Shown here: in pieces, positions 61,547 through 64,000 of the stretch
Numbering within the stretch: the first letter of the stretch is position 1
Layout of the letters: each line of letters starts with the position of its first letter
Assembly: GCA_018396535.1 (NCBI GenBank)
Contig: JAGTQC010000001.1
Coordinates: forward strand, 64,001-128,000
From: Candidatus Bathyarchaeota archaeon
Lineage (GTDB): Archaea > Thermoproteota > CALKCG01 > B24 > DRYS01
DNA: 64,000 bases
Direction of reading: 5' to 3'
The notes under the pieces: model-generated
Database searches by the model: none
Told to the model about the DNA's origin: nothing
The model's input: the letters and a program-made list of their open reading frames with translations, nothing else
Translations under genes and position numbers: made by a program

Positions 61547-62862
61547 CTATAATCCTTGATAAGCTTCAAAGTTCTCTCTGCCAACTCTGATATACTTGTA
61601 ATACCTATACCAGAAACAGCAGATGCTACCCTATCGTTTAATGGTCTAACCCAACATTCTGGAATACCCCTTCTACCTAGCATAACACCTAGTATAGATC
61701 CTACGGTAGCACAATTACAATCAGTATCTAAACCAGATAGTAGAGCATAATATAATGTTTTAGTGAAATCTCCTTCACCCCATAGAAGCGATGATGTAAC
61801 TATAGCAGCGTTATTTATGGTATGGACGGGATGGTAACTACTGTATCTTGTAAGTATTTGCTCTATAGCTTCAAACCATGATAATCCTTTACGATACAGA
61901 TCTAAGACGAAGTTTAAGGCTTCAAATAACCTACTCCTAGATGGGATACTCTTTAAACCATCAAGTATTAAATCGAACGGTGATACATGGTAAAACGCCA
62001 GGGATATTAGGGATGCCACGTATAACTCGCCATATATACCGTTCTTAGTATGTGATAGGATAGAATCTTTGAAAGCATAGTTTAGAGCTTGTTCAGGCCT
62101 TCCTGGGGATATGTATCCCCAGAAATCCGCTCTTATCTGGGCACCTATCCATTCACGATAGGGATTAAGGTATGTAGCAGTGTTTGGAGGCTTTAATCCT
62201 ATAACTAGGTTTCTATAAGCAATCCTTTCAGCAGTATATATGGACTTGTATGGTAGATGGAGGAGCCACATCTCACCTATATCGATTGAATCAAAATTGG
62301 ATCCATACCTTTCATAGATTAAGAGATTCATTATTGTATAATCGATATCATCATCCCTTTCGACCATAACGATGCTTCCTCTAGTTAACTTTAAAACATT
62401 ACGACGCTTCTTTTCATCAACTTCGTTAAAAGCTTCAAACGGAATATATGGTTCCCTTAACGGATATTCTCCTATCCTGGATAGAGCATGCTTGATCTGA
62501 TTATATGTCCATCCCTCGATTGGCTTACCTAACATACAACCAGCACATCTACCAAGCCATCCGCCTAGAATCTTATCACGTATAGAATTCATTGGTACAG
62601 GATACTCCTCGAAGAAACCCTGTCTCTCACCTTGTATACTAGACCAGTCTGATGGCTCTATATAGCTATACGTATTTCTAGGCTTGCATGATCCAAGTTC
62701 TGAGTATATATCCATAAGCATATCGATCGAGGTAACGGCAGATATCCGGTTTATGTAATCCTCAACATCTACCGTAAACCCTTCCTCGAATCTTTCTAAA
62801 ACTTCGTATTTCAATAGTAATTTAATCTCATCTAAATTTGCTAGAGTATGTAGAGGCTTCAT
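61519..62862 (-). CDS. ADP-ribosylglycohydrolase family protein
   Basis: GRCAGCMLGKP, DDDIDYT, GAQIRAD, DTDCNCATVGS. Confidence 0.9.
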   Translation of the reverse strand: MKPLHTLANLDEIKLLLKYEVLERFEEGFTVDVEDYINRISAVTSIDMLMDIYSELGSCKPRNTYSYIEPSDWSSIQGERQGFFEEYPVPMNSIRDKILGGWLGRCAGCMLGKPIEGWTYNQIKHALSRIGEYPLREPYIPFEAFNEVDEKKRRNVLKLTRGSIVMVERDDDIDYTIMNLLIYERYGSNFDSIDIGEMWLLHLPYKSIYTAERIAYRNLVIGLKPPNTATYLNPYREWIGAQIRADFWGYISPGRPEQALNYAFKDSILSHTKNGIYGELYVASLISLAFYHVSPFDLILDGLKSIPSRSRLFEALNFVLDLYRKGLSWFEAIEQILTRYSSYHPVHTINNAAIVTSSLLWGEGDFTKTLYYALLSGLDTDCNCATVGSILGVMLGRRGIPECWVRPLNDRVASAVSGIGITSISELAERTLKLIKDYSGQHSANSS

Positions 62863-62958
62863 ATCCTAACTATTGGTCTAATACGTCAATCTATTTAAGC
62901 CTAACATAGCGGAACTAGAAATGTCATCATGAGTAGGAGCAAAATAGATAATCGTAGA

Positions 62959-63642
62959 CTATTCTAACTGATCTTCTAGACGTAAACTCCAAAGAATACC
63001 GCCTAAAAGATGTTTCTGAAACCATTTTTCACGCCAAAGCTTCGTGAAATGTCCGAACCCGGTGTAGAATATCCGCCCGGAACCATAGCCATGACACCAT
63101 GCTAAAGCATAATAATGATCACTTCTTGTACCCTTACTCAGATCTACAGATGAATTATCAAGACGTATAAGTGTATGCGTACGACTAGGATCCCAATCTT
63201 TGAACGTGTATATTTCCTCCACTACTTTAAACCTAGAAGGTAGATGCTTAGTCGATGGGTGGATGTTATCTTCGACTATCACATAAACCTCTTGCGTCCA
63301 TGGATGAGAGTGGAAATATCCTCCAAGCATCTCACCATACTCTTTGAAATTATAGAATGTATCCGCAGCATTATGAACACCTACAAACCCTCTGCCACCT
63401 TTTATAAGCTCTATAATGGTCTTCTTTGAAGATTCTTCGATAGGGGGTTCACCCGTCGTTAAGAATACAAAGCAACTGAATTCTCTAAGTTTATCTTCAG
63501 ATAACTCTCTACAATCCTCTGTAGCATACACATCAAATAGACCTGTACGTTCACCAAGCTTTGTTAGGACCTCTACAGCAGTCGAAATATACGAGTGTCT
63601 AAAACCAGCTGAATGCGTGAATACCAGTACAGTAGGCTTCAT
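62959..63642 (-). CDS. ThuA-like (class I glutamine amidotransferase-fold) protein
   Basis: GFRHS, GFVGVHNAAD, GGYF.SHP, EIY, GRIFYTGFGH. Confidence 0.88.
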   Translation of the reverse strand: MKPTVLVFTHSAGFRHSYISTAVEVLTKLGERTGLFDVYATEDCRELSEDKLREFSCFVFLTTGEPPIEESSKKTIIELIKGGRGFVGVHNAADTFYNFKEYGEMLGGYFHSHPWTQEVYVIVEDNIHPSTKHLPSRFKVVEEIYTFKDWDPSRTHTLIRLDNSSVDLSKGTRSDHYYALAWCHGYGSGRIFYTGFGHFTKLWREKWFQKHLLGGILWSLRLEDQLE

Positions 63643-63730
63643 ACTATATTTGGTCTATGATATTAGGATAGATAAGGGTTTCACTTCAATATTTTTAAAC
63701 ATAACACATAAACACTATATCTCGGGGTGA

Positions 63731-64000
63731 GTGTCGTATTTGAATAGGCTTGGTATAGGATTCATAGGTTCAGGCTTCGTAGCCAGATTCCATGCAATGG
63801 CTCTTACAGGTATTAGAGAGGCTGAAGTAACGGCTGTATATAACATCAGGGAGGGGAGTGCTAAAAGGCTAGCTAGCTATATAGAAGAGCTTGGCATAGG
63901 CAAGCCTAAGGTTTATACAGATTTAAGAAAGATGCTTTCAGATCGAACTGTAAACGCCGTATGGATACTTAATCCTAATTTCGCTAGACTCGAGGTTGTT
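63731..64000 (+). CDS. Gfo/Idh/MocA oxidoreductase (5' part; runs off the window)
   Basis: Manual translation NRLGIGFIGSGFVARFH...VNAVWILNPN; start GTG 63731 or TTG 63740. Confidence 0.85.
   Translation, partial: MSYLNRLGIGFIGSGFVARFHAMALTGIREAEVTAVYNIREGSAKRLASYIEELGIGKPKVYTDLRKMLSDRTVNAVWILNPNFARLEVV

Noticed and set aside
62870-62935. Possible third C/D sRNA (ATGATGA on the minus strand)
   Set aside because: No convincing D', C' or D boxes.
1-64000. CRISPR array, rRNA, IS element, tRNA introns
   Set aside because: No regularly spaced repeats, rRNA sequence or transposase were seen; all three tRNAs are intronless.

Overview
Chromosomal window from a TACK-superphylum archaeon, most plausibly Bathyarchaeia. 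The placement is inferred from the single-chain RpoA (A'+A''), the single-chain RpoB and the rpoH-B-A-L30e-nusA-S12-S7-EF1a-S10 order with no EF-2. From left to right the window holds: a COG1361-like surface protein with a MacB/FtsX ABC cassette; tRNA-Ser; a ~15.7 kb accessory block (flavodoxin, radical SAM, a group 4 [NiFe]-hydrogenase split into two convergent operons, a box C/D sRNA, tungsten AOR + MoaD, and pgsC-pgsB) closed by tRNA-Arg; nucS; two ABC-2 exporters; tRNA-Pro; a uronate isomerase; cimA-ilvBN-(TIM barrel)-ilvC; an 11-gene archaeal aromatic amino-acid operon in pathway order; deoxyhypusine synthase; the RNAP/str cluster; a form III RuBisCO divergent from rpoH; a second C/D sRNA; and ARH/ThuA/Gfo genes. 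The most unusual signals are: (i) three conserved genes (cimA, tyrA, rpl30e) whose essential N-termini have no in-frame ATG/GTG/TTG, pointing to TTA/ATT/ATC initiation; (ii) the split hydrogenase, which has an unknown extra ORF and an antiporter subunit with Asp in place of the conserved TM7 Lys; (iii) two unannotated C/D guide RNAs; (iv) pgsBC and RuBisCO in this lineage. All product calls rest on motif recognition by eye; no searches were run.
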